Shown: positions 40,126 through 51,777, numbered from the whole stretch's first letter. The stretch is DNA of 63,826 nt, filler included, from Pirum gemmata (GCA_002812295.1; 12 parts of 12 records of this genome joined end to end with filler, not necessarily neighbours in it), one strand, 5' to 3'. The notes: a model not told the origin generated them from the letters alone. Numbers and translations are program-made.

Positions 40126-40627
40126 AATCATCAAGAGAACTTCAAAGTGCATCTTGGTCAGAATATAAACATCATAACATTATACTTTAAAAATTCTTGT
40201 TGGAATTGCTTCTACTGGTCATGTAACTTTTGTTTCAGATTGTCATCCTGGTGGAATAAGTGATAGAGACATAAGTGTAATTTATCAAAAGGAGATGTTT
40301 GGTAAATTATGGAAAGATAGTTTGGTCATGGCTGATAAGGGATTCGAAATTGCGGATTTAATGCCTACTGGTGTTGATTATAAGATGCCACCTATGTTGC
40401 AAAAAGGGGTGCAAATGAATAGCGAGAGCCACAAACAAACCATAAGAATTGCATCCGCAAGAATACACGTTGAGAGAGTTATTGCTAGAGCAAAGAGGTT
40501 TGCAATCATCGGTGGGGAAGTTGATATGAATATTATGCCAATAATAAACGAAGTATCAAAAATTTGTTTCTATTTGGTGAATTTTCAAAATAGATGTGTA
40601 AATGAATATATTAATAATATAATATAA
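40125..40627 (+). mobile_element. C-terminal fragment of an ISL2EU/Harbinger-type (DDE_Tnp_4) transposase
   Basis: SWSEYKHH/YTLKILVGIASTGHVTFVSD..GGISD, MADKGFEI and IASARIHVERVIARAKRF; a 5-bp duplication near 40175 causes a frameshift. Confidence 0.88.
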
Positions 40628-41031
40628 CACATTGCCCATAACATATGAACATTATGAGTCTAGACTAGACTAGAGAGTTACTAGACTCTAGACTATTCTA
40701 GACATCTCAGTAGAGGTATCTAGACTATCTAGTTGAGGGTTTTTTTTACTGTTTTTTTTTTTATTCTAGACTANNNNNNNNNNNNNNNNNNNNNNNNNNN
40801 NNNNNNNNNNNNNNNNNTTAATTAATTAANNNNNNNNNNNNNNNNNNNNNNNNNNNNNNNNNNNNNNNNNNNNATTATTATTATTATTACAATAATTATA
40901 CCTTCTGTTATTATTTATTAGTTTCGTTTGTTACTTACTCAATCACAAATCTTTGAAATTATCCTAAACATTTTTTTTTTAAATTAATAATTAAATTTTC
41001 CCACAAAAAAACATATACTAAATATAATTAG

Positions 41032-41988
41032 GATGGCAGAATATACAATTACACAAGCACTACACCAAATATTGAACTTCCTTCTGCTTTAAATAGACTG
41101 ATGGGTGGAAAGCAATTTTTATTTGATGATGAAATATATTTACCTCCAAAATCCCAAACCAAAGGTCCTTATCGGATTGAAGCCGTTTCTATTTCTCCCA
41201 TCATGCCCCAAAAAGCGGATATCCGGAACGTAGTCACTATAACAGAGTTAGATGAAAATTCTTGTTTACAAAGAATAGAACTTGATGTGACCATTCGACT
41301 ATTTGGTTTTGCTAGTTTAATCGAAAATATCATAGTGGATTCCGTTAAAAAGACTTACGATAATTTGCCTGCTTTGATTCAATCGTGGAATGCCATTTGT
41401 CAACAAAATAAAACGTTACGTTCTCCTTCTATTGAAAGTGTTTACTACGATGCCAACGATAATGTGGAACAAATAGAACGTAAACATGACCGTAAAGTGG
41501 CCTTTGAGGAGGCATTGGAAACAGTTAGTATACCTAAAACTGAACCAGGTTGGGCTACTTCTTTTGCGAGAAAGTTTTCTTCTCGTTTGGAGCAATTGCC
41601 TAGTGAAGAATTTGATTTAATTTACCAAGAAAATAAAAAAGAAACAGAAGAAGAAGAAAATATAGCCGGTACTTTTATGAAAGTGGGTAAAAGTATCAAA
41701 TCTTGGAAACTCCGTTATTTTACTTACAATCCATGTTCTAAAATGTTGCATTACTTTGAAGAGCAAAATGGAAATTTGAAAGGTAATGTTGATATAAACG
41801 ATGTATATTATGTAGAAATGGTTAAACCTACTATAAAGGATGATAATTATTGGATACTGCTGTACATGAAAGAAAGGGTGTTTGAAATGAAGTCATCTGA
41901 TAAACAGTTAATACTGTTATTTGGGAATGAATTGAGAAGTACTGTTTTCAGATTGAATAATGAAAGGATGTCTGAAAAATGGGACTAA
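41032..41988 (+). CDS. Terminal exon of a protein with a START/SRPBCC-like N-terminal region and a C-terminal PH domain
   Basis: ACTAA branch motif and TAG acceptor at 41031, in frame with ORF 41101; PH motifs (GTFMKVGKSIKSWKLRYF, LHYFE, LKGNVDI). The START-like call is weaker. Confidence 0.75.
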   Translation, partial: DGRIYNYTSTTPNIELPSALNRLMGGKQFLFDDEIYLPPKSQTKGPYRIEAVSISPIMPQKADIRNVVTITELDENSCLQRIELDVTIRLFGFASLIENIIVDSVKKTYDNLPALIQSWNAICQQNKTLRSPSIESVYYDANDNVEQIERKHDRKVAFEEALETVSIPKTEPGWATSFARKFSSRLEQLPSEEFDLIYQENKKETEEEENIAGTFMKVGKSIKSWKLRYFTYNPCSKMLHYFEEQNGNLKGNVDINDVYYVEMVKPTIKDDNYWILLYMKERVFEMKSSDKQLILLFGNELRSTVFRLNNERMSEKWD

Positions 41989-42712
41989 AAAGAACAAAAT
42001 AATAATAATAATGATAAAGAAATAAATAATGAAAAAAAGAATATAATAATAATAATATAAATAAATAAATAATGAAAAAAAGAATCTTTTTCCAAAATGA
42101 TAATAAGAAGGAAGAGACAAGAGACAAGTTAATTAGAGACTTGATAAATTTTAATAATAAATGAATGAATAAATAACAAAGTTTTAATAGTAAAATTTAA
42201 TGATAAATAAATCACTTTAATTTTCCTTCGAATTCTTTCCAGCCAAACAAGATTAATTACTTTGGTGTTTCCCTTTTATTATTTTTATTACTTTAATTTT
42301 TATATTAGTTTTGTTCTAGTGTCGATTATTGTAACTTTATGAATAAGAATAATATTACTAATATATAATTATATATTATATTGTTTTGTTTTGTGATAAT
42401 TATTATAATTTAATGCTAAATGCTTAGTTTTAATTTTGTTTTTTAGTAGTTAAAATTAATAATACAATTTTTAGCTATTAAATTAGCTTTCCACCATTGG
42501 TTTGTCATAATTATCATATACTAGTGTTATCATGCAGTTTTTATTGTAATAATGCATTGCGTATATTATATAATATCATAGTAATTACAAACGTAATTTC
42601 ATTATTATAAAAAATAATGTAATAATGGGAATGATTATAATACTACTACAAAGTAATAACTATGCATATTAATAAATTAATACATTTTTATTTTTATATT
42701 TATAATTAATAA

Positions 42713-42766
42713 TTAATTTTCTACCATTTTCGACAATTCTTCTATTGCTTTATAACATTCGTTTTC
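42713..42766 (-). pseudogene. 3' remnant of a paralog of the cupin gene
   Basis: ENECYKAIEELSKMVEN* versus ENECYKAIEELSKVVEN* at 44032; cut off by a MITE B fragment. Confidence 0.85.
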
Positions 42767-44031
42767 TTTAGGGGTATTTGAAGCTGTATTTGATCGGAAA
42801 TTGGCTAACCCAACTTTAACCCTAACCAAGGACTTCAAAAAAAGGTTCTTTTTTTGAAGTCCTTGCCCTAACCCTAAACCTCGTTTTCTAGCTAGCTAGC
42901 TATCATAGCTACTAGTCTACTGAGAGTCTACTCTAGCTAGTATGTCATAGCTACTATAGATCTAGCTAGTATCATACTAGCTAGTAGTAGACCTCTAGCC
43001 AGTAGCTAGTAGTAGACTACCTAGCTAGCTAGTAGCTACTAGCTAGACTCTACTAGCTATCGATAGGCAGTGCACTCTAGCTACAGTAGTCTTGTGGCTA
43101 GCTAGCCACAAAGAAGCTACTAACCAGACTAGCTATTGTGCTTTTCATTTATTTTGTCACTCCGAATATTTATTTGGTTGTTTATAATATTTAAATTTAT
43201 ACTTTTAATTAAATAAATAAATATAATAAAATATACCAATGGATTTATATATAGTATTATTTTTCTACAGTAACAACATTGCTCTGAAAACTGATAATTT
43301 ATATTATATTAATAATACTTATGATATTATGGATGTAGTAGTATGTAGTTAGAATTAAATCAATACACAAAGAAATAATTTTTAATCATAGAATCACAAC
43401 CACACATTACCACTCAGCATTATCAATAGCAATAACTTAAACATTTATAAATAAATAAAATTAATAAGTTTTATTAATGGATTATTTTCATTTGGGGGTA
43501 AATGGTGTTGGAGTGTGATGGTTACAATTTCTGTATCAGTTTACTGGCATTTTACCCATAATATGAATTTCATTACCACTTATTTCTTCTGTAAATTAAA
43601 TATTCTGACCATTAATTATTGATAATAAAATTTAATGTTGTTTTTTGGTTTTCTGTGATGTAATTAGCATGATTAAAATAAGAATAATATTATTGATACC
43701 ATTTTCTATGTTTTTTTATTGTTTTTTTGTAAGTAATAAATTGGAATGGGGAAATAACTAAAGTTTAGTTAAAACTAACTAATAGTAATAACAATGTAAT
43801 AATACAGTTATATTTTTCTTTTAGTATTTAATTGTTAATTAATAATTATTGCTTTTTTTTTTTCTCAATTTTATGATATTTTTTATAATTTTGTTAACTC
43901 AAGTAATAGCTATTAAATAAACAAATGATAATAAATACAGTACTTATTTCATTTCTTTTTTGGTATTATATTTTAAATTTTAATTGATAATATATAATGT
44001 TACATATTGTATATTTAAGTTTAGCATCTAT

Positions 44032-45054
44032 TTAGTTTTCCACCACTTTCGACAATTCTTCTATTGCTTTATAACATTCATTTTCTTCCAACTTTGGGAA
44101 TAATTCGGTAGTTAATCCAGATTTAGGTAACATGTGAAGATCAGCGAATGCCATGCCCACAAGAGCAGCAGTTGGCATAGATGCAGTAAAACCACCCACA
44201 GTCGCTAGTTGTTCTTTACCAGTGTTCAACCACAAATGAAGTGATCCCTTTGGGAATACAAAACTATCACCAACAGTAACTTTGTTGAAATGCCATTTAC
44301 CATCATTAACACCAAAAGAACCAACAATCCCTTCACCTTGAATAACTGTATTAAATTCGTGAGCATCCGAATGTATATGAGGTGATACCATACTGCAATA
44401 ATCTACTATGAAACTAGCAATGGAAAACTTCATTCCATCTATAGCAGGCCAGTTGCCCATTTTATTGGCAACAAGGGCGGCTGGGCCATCATAATTACCA
44501 ACTTGTACGTTCAACGCTCCACCAGGGTTACTAACGTGTGCATTCTTTGTCATAAACATGGTGTTTTTAGTAATTTCGTTGTCGTAATTGTCAGTATGGA
44601 AAAGCTTTTGAGGGGCCTTGAAATCGTACTTTGTCATGTTGTGGTCATGGTGGTGATGGTGATGGTGGTGATGATGATGATGATCATGACCGTCATCTTC
44701 ACAAATACATTGTTTATAATCTTTTTCTTTATAGGAAGTGAAGCCTTCATAATAGCAACCTTGAGCAGGATATTCAGTAGGATCTGCGGAACCATTCAGA
44801 CAATATTGATATTGACAAAATTTATCTGTGTACCCTTGATCGGATTGACTTCCACGGTAGTCATAATTTCGCTTACATTCCCAAGATGAAGATGAAGATG
44901 GGTGTTTGGTGGGGCGTCTTGAGCTTGGTTTGAAATCAACCGTAGTTGGTTGTTGCTCTTGTCCTGCTGATTGTTTTTGCTGTACATTAAAAAGTTGTGC
45001 TTCACTGGTTAAAGCAAAAACGGCAAAAGTGGAGGCGATAGTGGTGAATATCAT
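44032..45054 (-). CDS. Secreted germin/spherulin-like cupin with a Cys-rich N-terminal domain and poly-His linker (340 aa)
   Basis: Signal peptide; germin boxes PHIHSDAHEF and GDSFVFPKGSLH with the His/His/Glu/His metal ligands intact. Confidence 0.85.
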   Translation of the reverse strand: MIFTTIASTFAVFALTSEAQLFNVQQKQSAGQEQQPTTVDFKPSSRRPTKHPSSSSSWECKRNYDYRGSQSDQGYTDKFCQYQYCLNGSADPTEYPAQGCYYEGFTSYKEKDYKQCICEDDGHDHHHHHHHHHHHHDHNMTKYDFKAPQKLFHTDNYDNEITKNTMFMTKNAHVSNPGGALNVQVGNYDGPAALVANKMGNWPAIDGMKFSIASFIVDYCSMVSPHIHSDAHEFNTVIQGEGIVGSFGVNDGKWHFNKVTVGDSFVFPKGSLHLWLNTGKEQLATVGGFTASMPTAALVGMAFADLHMLPKSGLTTELFPKLEENECYKAIEELSKVVEN

Positions 45055-45829
45055 GATTATAAATTTTTTTTGGTTTTTTTGTGTTTGTAAATAGAGTAAA
45101 TAGTTTGTTTATAAATTTTATTATAGATATTAAATTGGGATTATCTTGCTTTTTTTGTTTTTGTTTTTTTTAAAGTTGTTTTTTGTTTTTAATTTTCCTT
45201 TTAATTTTTTAGTATTTATATACTTTTTTCTCTTGTAGCTGCTGTTTTTTTTATAATTATTATATTATACTAATTTTTTTTTTTTATATCATAATATATT
45301 ATATTTAAAAGTATATATTAATAAATGAATTTATTTATATATTTTTATAAATGACTACTCTGGGCAATGGGCCTGGTAAAGTAAGTACAGGTTACCTAGC
45401 TCATTTGGGTTGAGTGTAGAGAGTCTACGGGAATTTATTTATAAACATAATATGCATATTACTGTTTAAGTCTATTTAATTAAGAATGTAAATACTCGTC
45501 TATATAATATATTATATAATATAATATAATTATGTTATTTTTTGAGATTTGAATTTCTGCTGTTTTTTATTGTTCGTTTGTTTGTTTGTTTGTTTATTTT
45601 TTTTAGCTATATTATATATATATCAAAGTAGACCTAGTTAGAGTTTAGTTAGTATTAATACATTCCTAAATATATTAATAACAATATTAATAACAATAGC
45701 AATAACAATAACAATAACAATAACAATGANNNNNNNNNNNNNNNNNNNNNNNNNNNNNNNNNNNNNNNNNNNNTTAATTAATTAANNNNNNNNNNNNNNN
45801 NNNNNNNNNNNNNNNNNNNNNNNNNNNNN

Positions 45830-46424
45830 CAAAAACCAAGAAAACATAACCACTTGTACTACGCCTGGTTTCCGAACATCCCGCATAGTCAGAGTCACAC
45901 ATTGCAGTAATGGCTGTTGAATAATCAATTGTATCTTGTTTCTTATACAGCAAAGAATAATCAATAGTCCCAATTAAGTAACGAAGTAGGTGCTTGGCAC
46001 TAGTCCAGTCTTGCTCAGTAGGAGCACTAGATTTTCTTGCTAGCTTGTTGACAGAAAAAGCTATATCACCCCTAGTAACAAGAGACAAGTATAAGAGACA
46101 GCCTACTACAGCTCGAAAAAGATCATGCGTAAGANAGAAGCGCAGAAACATCATTAGAGTGCTCAAACCCAGTTGTTCGAACAGGTTTCGAGTCATTCAT
46201 GCGAAAACGAGTTAGAATATCTTGAATGTACTTTGACTGGTTTAGTTTAATAAACCCTGCCCCCTGCTGAACATTAATGCCCAAAATCCACTTAGCGAGC
46301 CCTAACCGTTTGATATCATGTTTGGCCGCTAAAAAGTCTTCAAACTTGTGAATAATAGCAACATTAGCACAAGCTAGTAGCAGATCATCAGTCCAAAGAG
46401 TGAGCAAGAAAAGAGAACCATCAC
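45830..46424 (-). mobile_element. Inverted RT/RNaseH fragment of a second copia copy
   Basis: Reverse complement of 49344-49934 with several substitutions (e.g. QDTID versus QETID). Confidence 0.95.
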
Positions 46425-46425
46425 T

Positions 46426-49400
46426 TATGCAATCAATAACACATCTCCTTATTCTGCGTATCAAGCTATTCTAACGGATTTTGAGCGAAAAACGAAAGGA
46501 AATCGTTTTTCAATTAGACGTCAAATAATGACTATCTCATTGAAAGATCATGAGAACTTAACGTCTTTGGTTAATGCTCTCAATGATTTATGCTCTCTAT
46601 ATCACACGTTAACGGATCACAGCAAAAGTATAGATGATGAAGAGAAACTGGTTGCACTAACCAATGCGTTAAACAGTCAATTTGATAGCACTATTGAGTT
46701 ATTTTTTAATGATTCTAACACTACATATCAGAGTGCTATCCCACTGCTTTTGGACAGGGAACAAAAATTGTCGCAAACAGAGTCAACTGATTCTGTTTAT
46801 TTTGGCAAAGGTGATAAAGGCAAAAAGGTATGGGTCAATCCAAAGACTCATTGCATCAAGTGCAAACGTGCTCGCTCAGAGTGTAGATGTCCTAAGTGTA
46901 AGACTTGTACCAGTAATAAACACAAAACTGGTGCTTGTAATCTGTGTGTAACTTGCAAAAGAAAAAAGTGTACTTGTGCTAGTCCTTCCTCATCTTGTGC
47001 TAGTCCTTCTTCATCTAAAGAAGGTGAATGTGGTTACATGTTCAACTTGGTAGCTCTAAGTAACGGTGGCAAGTCCAATGAACTCATTTTAGACTGTGGC
47101 TGTACTGATATTATACTGTGATATAAAATATTTTGAAATTGACACTCTAATTAGTAAGAAGAAAATTTTCAAAAGTGTTTCAAATGAATCTGTAATGGCG
47201 GAAAAAAAAGGGTGGGCTCAGTTAAATGGTATCAGGATTAGGGCATACTATTGTCCTACTGTTACTGTCAATTTAGCTGGTGTCAAAAAGCTCTTTAAGT
47301 ACGGCTATACTGTTCAGTTGGAAGAAACACGAGCAATTGTTGAAGGTAATTGTGCTAGAGAAATTTTTCAGTGTGTAAAAAATTTGTGGGTCTTACAACT
47401 GAAAGTTGGGGCAATCAACGCTGCTGTTAGTTCCAATTCTCTACAAACGTGGCACAATAGACTAGGGCATACTAACGTTCGAGCTATTGTGAATATGGTA
47501 AATAACAATGTTGTTGATGGTATTAGCTTTTCCTCAAAGAAAAACTGACTAGTGTGTGAGAGTTGTCAACTTGGTAAGGGTAAACGTGCGAATTTCGCCA
47601 CGGAAAATTCGCTGAAAGCCTCTGCCAACTTCGAACATATTGTGTTCGATACCAAGGGTAAAATGGATGTACCTGCTATAGGTGGTTATTATTGGGCAAT
47701 TAGCTTTACTTGTACTTTCTCTGAGTATAATCAATGGTATCTACTCAAGAACAAAAGTGATGCTAAAACAGTAGTTATGTTATTTATTAATACCGTAGTA
47801 CTTCCATTAAAACCTAGCAACGTTCATCCTACTCTACACTGTGATAATGCTGGAGAGTTTTTATCTCATTCTTTAGTAGCCCAAATTCACAGTAAAGGTA
47901 TTCGAACCACATATACGCCTCCATACACTCCTCAACGTAATGCCATAGCAGAAAGGGCAAACTTAACTTTCTTTAATATGGTTAGGTCTATGTTGCACTT
48001 TTCTGGTCTACCAAACAAATTTTGGGGGGTGGCTCTACTTTATGCTAGAGATGTTAGGGTTAACACCATCTCCACTAAAAATCCGAGCACAACTGCCATG
48101 GAGCTCGTTCATGGTACTAGAAGTAACCTAGCTAAGTTTAAAATTTTTGGTTGTGTTGGTTATTATCAAGTTTTAACTCATAAAAAAGCACTTGATAATA
48201 GAAAGAGGAAGTGTCTCTTTGTTGGTTTCGATCACGCACGTCATTGCTACCGTGTTTGGTGCATTGAAACTAGCAAATTCATTTCAACTCGTGATGCTAT
48301 TTTTGATGAAAAAGTCCTTTATAAGCATCTCGATTCTCCGGGCTCGAGCTCCGAAATTAAAGAATTCGATTTTGAGGGATCTGGGCCGAAATCCTGTGGA
48401 TCTGTAGCTACTACCGCTAGTGCAGCTAGTGACGTTTCTGTAGCTAGTCCACCTACTGGGGTCAGTGGATCTGCAGCTACTACCGCTAGTGCCGCTAGTG
48501 AAGTCTGTGAAGCTAATCCAGCTCCTGTGGTCATTGAGGGGGACAATGACGTCATTATAAATGATGATGAGGCAGACTGTCAATACTCGGGCAATAGTAG
48601 CAATATTGCTCGTAATGATAAACTGTCTCGATCATCGTCACGGGCTAACCGTGATCTTGCTATTGATATGAACTTTGATCCTACTAGTGTTTCACGAACG
48701 AGGGGTGCTGTCCATGTACCGTCTGATATTAATCTCATTAAAGAAGGTTTAGCTGCTTTAGCAAAAGCACAAGATGTGTACACGCCCAACACTTACGTTC
48801 AGGCTATGTCCTGTAATGACAGTCTCTCGTGGGAGCAAGCGATCAAAGCTGAAAAAGATTATCATTACAAAAATGATACCATGGCATTTGCTGCACTACC
48901 AACAGGAAGAAAGGCCATAGGGGTGCGATGGGTTTTCAAAGTTAAAGCTGATGATCTTGGTAATATACAGCGTTATAAAGCTAGACTATGCGCTAAGGGG
49001 TACACTATGGAACCCTACCAAGACTATGACCCTAACATTTATGCACCTGTGGCTAAAATGAAGACTATTCGGCTCTTTCTGGCTCTGGCTGCTGCTCATG
49101 GTATGAAAGTACATCAATGTGATGTTGATGGTGCGTTTACTATACCCCGTCTAAAGGAAGAAGTATACATGAAGATACCTCCTGGATATGATGCCCCACC
49201 TGGTACCAACTGTGTTTTACTCCAAGCCTCAATACCAGGTCTTAAACAATCCAATCATGTCTGGAATGTTCTAATAGATTCTGATATAAAAGAGTTTGGT
49301 TTCAAACAAAGCAGTTATGATCCATGTTTATACTGGTGTCATTGTGATGGCTCTCTTTTCTTGCTCACTCTTTGGACTGATGATCTGCTACTAGCTTGTG

Positions 49401-50314
49401 CTAATGTTGCTATTATTCACAAGTTTGAAGACTTTTTAGCGGCCAAACATGATATCAAACGGTTAGGGCTCGCTAAGTGGATTTTGGGCATTAATGTTCA
49501 GCAGGGGGCAGGGTTTATTAAACTAAACCAGTCAAAGTACATTCAAGATATTCTAACTCGTTTTCGCATGAATGACTCGAAACCTGTTCGAACAACTGGG
49601 TTTGAGCACTCTAATGATGTTTCTGCGCTTCTTACGCATGATCTTTTTCGAGCTGTAGTAGGCTGTCTCTTATACTTGTCTCTTGTTACTAGGGGTGATA
49701 TAGCTTTTTCTGTCAACAAGCTAGCACGAAAATCTAGTGCTCCTACTGAGCAAGACTGGACTAGTGCCAAGCACCTACTTCGGTACTTAATTGGGACTAT
49801 TGATTATTCTTTGCTGTATAAGAAACAAGAGACCATTGATTATTCAACAGCCATTACTGCAATGTGTGACTCTGACTATGCGGGATGTTCGGAAACCAGG
49901 CGTAGTACAAGTGGTTATGTTTTCTTGGTTTTTGGTGTTGCATTTATTTGGTTTTGCAGACGTCAAAAAGCTGTAACTCTAAGTTCAATGGAAGCTGAAA
50001 TTATGGCAATTTGCGATGCTGTCAAGGAAATTATCTGGGTTCGTAATCTTATGAGTGAAGTTTTCAAATGCAATATCAACTTAGTTTTACATTGTGACAA
50101 CAAGAGTGCAATTGCTACTTGTTTAAACCCTGTAAATCATGAAAGGTCAAAACACATTGATATTCGGAATTTCAAGATTCGAGAGGAACTGCATAACAAG
50201 ACCATGTCTCTGGAGTACATTGAATCTGGCAACAATTTGGCTGATATCTTTACCAAGTATCTAGATGCGCATAATCAACTCCGTCTATGCGAAAAGATGT
50301 TTGCAGTCTGCTAG
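46426..50314 (+). mobile_element. Ty1/copia LTR retrotransposon gag-pol, 5'-truncated and disrupted
   Basis: Domain order gag with Cys knuckles, PR (LILDCGCT), WHNRLGH...CESC, integrase (CDNAGEF, PQRNAIAER), RT (YKARLCAKG, LWTDD), RNaseH (CDSDYAG, CDNKSA, ADIFTK). Frameshift near 47115; in-frame TGA at 47546. Confidence 0.97.
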
Positions 50315-50320
50315 TTAATT

Positions 50321-50455
50321 AAGGGGTGTGTTGGAACTAATTTACAATACAGACTGAGTCTAAACTATGTAATCTGATTGGTACATTATCATAAATTTAG
50401 TCTACATAAATTTATAATAGTTTACACGTCAGAGCATAATTTTGACTACAACTAT
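50321..50455 (+). mobile_element. Polypurine tract and start of the 3' LTR
   Basis: AAGGGGTG followed by TGTTG at 50329, just after the pol stop; LTR end uncertain. Confidence 0.65.
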
Positions 50456-50578
50456 GTTTATTGGTTATGCTAATATATATAGTTTTAGCAATATTATTAT
50501 TGGCTGTATAGGTTCAAAAATATATATATTAGTGTACTTCTTAGTTTCTATACGTTTAGTTTTTATTATTTTTATGAT

Positions 50579-50624
<46 letters not shown>

Positions 50625-50677
50625 TAAGGAAAATGCGGCTAGAATGGAAATGGAACGATTAAAAATGGAGGAAGCAG

Positions 50678-50722
50678 CCTGCTATAGGTGGTTATTATTG
50701 GGCAATTAGTTTTACTTGTACT
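50678..50722 (+). mobile_element. Third copia fragment (integrase) running into the scaffold end
   Basis: Near-identical to 47672-47716. Confidence 0.85.
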
Positions 50723-50822
50723 NNNNNNNNNNNNNNNNNNNNNNNNNNNNNNNNNNNNNNNNNNNNTTAATTAATTAANNNNNNNNNNNNNNNNNNNNNN
50801 NNNNNNNNNNNNNNNNNNNNNN

Positions 50823-51530
50823 ATAGTAATAGTAATAGTAATAGTAATAGAAATAGTAATAGAAATGGTGATAGTAATAGTAATAGTAATGGTGATAGTA
50901 ATAGTGATAGTGATAGTGATAGTGATAGTGATAGTGATAGTGATAATGGCAGTGATAGTGATAGTGATAGTGATAGTGATAGTGATAGAAAAGGTGAAAA
51001 TAATAGTAATAGTAATGGTAATGGTAATGGTAATGGTAATGGTAATGGTAATGGTAATGGTAATGGTAATGGTAATGGTAATGGTAATGGTAATGGTAAT
51101 GGTGATAATGATAATGGAATAGTGGTAATGGAGTAGTGGTAATGGAGTAATGGTAATGGAGTAATGGTAATGGTAATGGAGTAGTGGTAATGTAGTAATG
51201 GTAATGTAGTAATGGTAATGGTAATGGTAATCGTAATGGTGATGGTGATGGTGATGGTGATGGTGATGGTAAAAGAGTAGTGGTAATGGAGTAATAGTAA
51301 TGTAGTAATGGTGATGGTAATGGCAACGGTGATGGTGATGGTAATGGTAATGGTAATGGTAACGGTAATGGTAATGGAGTAGTGGAAATGTAATAATGGT
51401 AATATAGTAATGCTAATGCTAATGCTAATGCTAATGGTAATGGTAATGGTAATGGTGATGGTAATGGCAATGGCAATGGTAATGGTAATGGTAATGGTAA
51501 TGGTAATGGTAATGGTAATGGTAATGGTAA
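50823..51530. repeat. (GTAATG/GTGATA)n hexamer array, probably intronic
   Basis: Seen directly; lies downstream of the donor site of the RNR-like exon. Confidence 0.95.
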
Positions 51531-51542
51531 ACAGTATTCTAC

Positions 51543-51608
51543 CTCGTTTGCTTATAAACTGAGATATCCCGGAAATACTACACCCGATTCTTCTATTTCT
51601 TCTCATAA
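51543..51608 (-). CDS. nrdJ: Internal 66-nt exon of a probable class II (adenosylcobalamin-dependent, monomeric RTPR type) ribonucleotide reductase
   Basis: CAG acceptor and GTAGAA donor; encodes MRRNRRIGCSISGISQFISKR(G), matching the M.RNRRIG.S.SG..QF motif I recall for monomeric class II RNRs. Confidence 0.7.
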
Positions 51609-51739
51609 CTGTTTTAAAAATGATTATAGGAGAATTTTTTAATTTACTTTTAGTTCGTTTAATTAGTGTTTGTGAGTGAGACTAATTGCATTGAGTTTTT
51701 ATTCGTTATTCATCATTCATTAGTCATTATAATCATTAG

Positions 51740-51777
<38 letters not shown>

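Noticed and set aside
47096..47121. Programmed gag-pol frameshift
   Set aside because: The shift falls inside the protease just after its active site with no slippery heptamer; mutation or sequencing error is more likely.
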